DNA of 64,000 nucleotides from Octopus sinensis (taxonomy: Eukaryota): positions 25,668,001-25,732,000 of the forward strand of contig NC_043009.1 in the NCBI RefSeq assembly GCF_006345805.1. The letters run 5' to 3'. The notes under the pieces were generated by a model, which did no database searches, was not told the DNA's origin, and saw only the letters and a program-made list of their open reading frames with translations. This document shows positions 60,800-64,000 of this stretch, one piece after another; the stretch's first letter is position 1; each line of letters begins with the position of its first letter. The position numbers and the translations under genes are program-made.

Positions 60800-61530
60800 T
60801 GTTTTAACCCCGGGTAGCTTTGACCCATCGGAATCGGACCCCTATTATCAAAGTCGTTCTAGCTGTGACCATCCCGTCCTGTTTACTTTGAATCTAGCCC
60901 TGCTCTAAACTTTCGATTTTTGTGTTTATCATTATTGTTTCTGGTCGCATTTGTGTTTTTAACCGTAGGCCATCTTTGATCCAGCGCGCCCCTACAATCA
61001 AAAGCGCTCTAGCTGTGACCAGCCCCTACTACATCGAGTCCAGCTTTTCCCAAACGTTCACCCCACCCCAGTTATCATTATGGTTTTTAATAGCACTTAT
61101 TGTTTTAACCCCAGGACAGCTTTGATCTATTAGACCTCTAGAATCATAATGGTTCTTAGCTGTGGCCATCCCATTTCGATCCAGTGGACCCCTGAATTCA
61201 AAAAAGTTCTAGCTGTGACCGTTTCCTTTCCGTCCAGCCTCTGCCCGCCACAACACGTTTTATCTATTGTTTTTCCCTCGTATTTGTGGTTGTTTTTATT
61301 TCAAGCTAGCTTTGATCAAGCGAACCCTTATTATCAGAAGCGTCCCAACTGTGACCAACCCGTACTGCTTTCTCTCTCTCTCTCTCTGTCTCTCGATATA
61401 GTGTACAATTATATATTTCCCCATGTGTCCACTCTTGTTAACCAAGAATGGACACTTCGTTACACGTCAGTGTATGACTTTAAAGAGTGCTTTAACTGCT
61501 ATTTCTACCAGGTCGACCGACCACGTGTTA
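60800..61530 (+). repeat. Cluster of 5-6 degenerate copies of an unclassified dispersed repeat (family X)
   Basis: Recurring ttttaacccc..ctttgatc..gacccct..atcaaa..ctagctgtgaccatccc, with tagctgtg(a/g)cc-type motifs near 60858, 61010, 61157, 61210 and 61347. Confidence 0.7.
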
Positions 61531-62498
61531 ATTTTAGTTGTATTGAATCCCTCGATACATCAACCCGAGCGAACAGTGATTTGCGGTAGATTTGGTTGCT
61601 GCTTCTTGAAGTTTTCATGACCACGTAGAGAGTATCATGTTTGTTTCTCTTTGTTTACGTTTGTTTATGGTATGCATATTAGGTCACCTTTGATGCGCTG
61701 TACTATAATTAAGTGTACCAGCTGAGACCACCTCGTTATTATTGTTATAGTAGAAAGGATTATTATTATTAATAGTTATTTTTAAATATATATTGGCATT
61801 ATTCAACGTGTGGTTGTTTAAGGTGTTAGTTTGATTTAAAATAGATTTGGCTGCTATTTCTAGCAGTTCAAACAACCAGGGTGGTAATAGTTATATTAGG
61901 CATAGCTACAGTTTATTGTCCCACTCTCTTATGATTTTTGGTTCCTCATAACTTTCTGAATAATTTATATTTTTTAAAGAGATTTTGCAGCGATATGTTT
62001 TCAGTGATTTAAATTACAGTAATGTTGATGAAATTTTTAACTACTTAATTTAAAAAAAATTTTACTTAGAAAGAAAGGAAACCAATACCGTTTGAACTGT
62101 ACAATAATTTTGCTTACGACCATTGTGCAACATACAAGTCAATCTAATGATATCCTGATTGTTATTATTCATTATCAGCGTAAATTTATAACAACAAAAA
62201 AAAAACTTGTAGAAGTTTACGAAAGTATTATTACTAAAATAGAAGGCAAACATTTTCATCGAAATAACCAAATCTATACTTTTGAAAACATGTACTTTAA
62301 GAAATTCGCGAAGAAGGAAGAATTAAGTTGTCAAAAATATCAGTAAGAAACAAAGTCGTGGGGCCGTAAAGTGTAGATGTACCTTTAGTGTTATTAGTAA
62401 TGCGATGCCATGTGTTATTTATGAGATATGAATTGATATTTGAATTTCTGTGAACGACAAACCCAGACTGTTTAAGTTTAACAAAAGCATTAAGAATA

Positions 62499-62539
<41 letters not shown>

Positions 62540-63786
62540 GCTATGCTGATGGAAATACATATTCAGGGCCTAGGTATTGCCGTCTGTATAAAAGCTTGTT
62601 TTGCACCACGTGGTTTAAGTTTCAGCTCCATTGCGCGGCACGTTAGTCGAGTGGGACTGGGCACTGAACCATGTGGCTGGGACGCAAACTTTTTACCACA
62701 GTCCTGTATATGTATGTATGTTCGTATCCCAAAACAAACAAACCACCAGAAAATGTCCAGTAACAACTTAAACAACACAATAACTGAATACTGGTTTCAA
62801 ATTTTGGTACAAGGCCAGCAATTTCGATGGAGGGGTACAATCAAGTATCTATTTCTTTACTGCCCACAAGGGGCTAAACACAGAGGGGACAGACAAACGG
62901 ATTAAGTCGATTACATCGTCTCCAGTGCGTAACTGGTACTTTATTTATCGACCCCGATAAGATGAAAGGCAAAGTCGACCTCGGCGGAATTTGAACTCAG
63001 AACGTAACGACGTACGAAATGCCGCTATGCATTTTGCCCGCCGTGCTAATAGTTCTGCCAGCTCGCCGCCTTAAACACTAACTGAATATTAATCGATTAA
63101 GCAAGTATATATGATTGGTACAGATTTTTATCGCCCATTCCCCACTCCATAAGGACGCAACTGGAGGTTGACCTTTATAGCTTAGCGCTTTTTTCTTCTT
63201 GTTACGGTCATTGGACTGTGGCTAAGCTGGAACACCGCTTGAAAGGGTTTTAGTCGAATAAATCTACCTCTGTATGGTACTTATTTTATCAATCCCTTTG
63301 CCGGACCACTAGTTACGAGGACATAAACAAAACAGCACCGGCTGTCATGTGGTGGGTGTGTTAAACACAAAGCCACAAAAACCATGCTTGAAAAAGTCTT
63401 TTCGACTCTTAATTATTTGTAATAAAACTTCACTGAGCCTCAGTCTATTCGCTGTGTACATCTAGTTGACCTTCGCCCCCCCCCTGTTATATATACTTTT
63501 ATTTATATTCAGCGGAAGTAACAGAGTGACTCATGGTCCGAGAGCTTCGTGCGGTGGTATTTATGTACACGCTTATGCATTTTTTGGGTAAGATTCTTGA
63601 TATGTAATCGAGTGTTGAAACAGACGGTTAAATGGAATAATCAGGACGAGAGGAGATACGTGGGATATAGAATCACCGAAGAGGTCGCTAAAATAACCAT
63701 AATAATAAAGCAGCTGAAATGGAGACCAAATGTATAGAGTGTATGTTTAATTGGCAAAATACGATCATTGTTATGCTGGGAAATGG

Positions 63787-64000
63787 TCATATTTTGCCAG
63801 GAACTACGTGTGAATTGTTGGCGGTTTTTTTTCTCCGTTTTCCTTTTCTTTTGGACTTTCCTCTGTCTCCTGTTTCTGAAGAAGAGCTTTGCTCGAAACG
63901 TAAAGCTACCTTTGTTTCCTTCCCTGAGCGTCTGTTAAAACTTTGTATGTACCACGTCCTCGCGTTGTTGTTTTTTCTTTTTGTGCTTTTCTTCATTTTT
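63787..64000 (+). mobile_element. Penelope-like terminal repeat element with minimal hammerhead motif; runs off the window end
   Basis: Homologous to 53342-53545 in the opposite orientation; contains CTGAAGA-A-GAGC(ttt)GCTC-GAAA-CGTA. Confidence 0.65.
63872..63906 (+). ncRNA. Minimal type I hammerhead ribozyme motif
   Basis: Stem I GTTT/AAGC (one G-U pair), core CUGAAGA, stem II GAGC/GCUC, GAAA, palindromic ACGU in place of stem III, predicted cleavage after GUA (63902). Confidence 0.7.

Overview
Eukaryotic, AT-rich, microsatellite- and SINE-dense genomic DNA. The repeat content points to an octopod cephalopod (inference, not verified). There are no prokaryotic features, and most ORFs in the supplied track are artefacts of microsatellites and SINEs. 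The main feature is a complete 13-exon ALG8 gene (dolichyl-P-Glc alpha-1,3-glucosyltransferase) on the + strand, 13506-36053, with a 1560-nt CDS (519 aa). Every exon junction is in phase, and intron 4 (22000-24707) is U12-type (minor spliceosome). A second, unidentified + strand gene probably starts at about 41 kb (non-coding exon to 41209; coding exons 41654-41824 and 42384-42435). The rest is transposon-derived: a full-length dead DD34D mariner with TIRs and TA TSD, a second Tc1/mariner transposase relic, Helitron/Helentron non-autonomous elements, hAT-, TA- and TTAA-type MITEs, RTE LINE 3' ends, an R2/HERO-like 3' end, several tRNA-derived SINE families, and Penelope-like termini with minimal hammerhead ribozyme motifs. 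The most unusual items are a tRNA-headed SINE carrying a hammerhead remnant, an intact-looking minimal hammerhead at 63872-63906, a 183-bp near-perfect palindrome, two long foldbacks inside ALG8 introns, a tandem SINE concatemer, and an unclassified structured repeat family.
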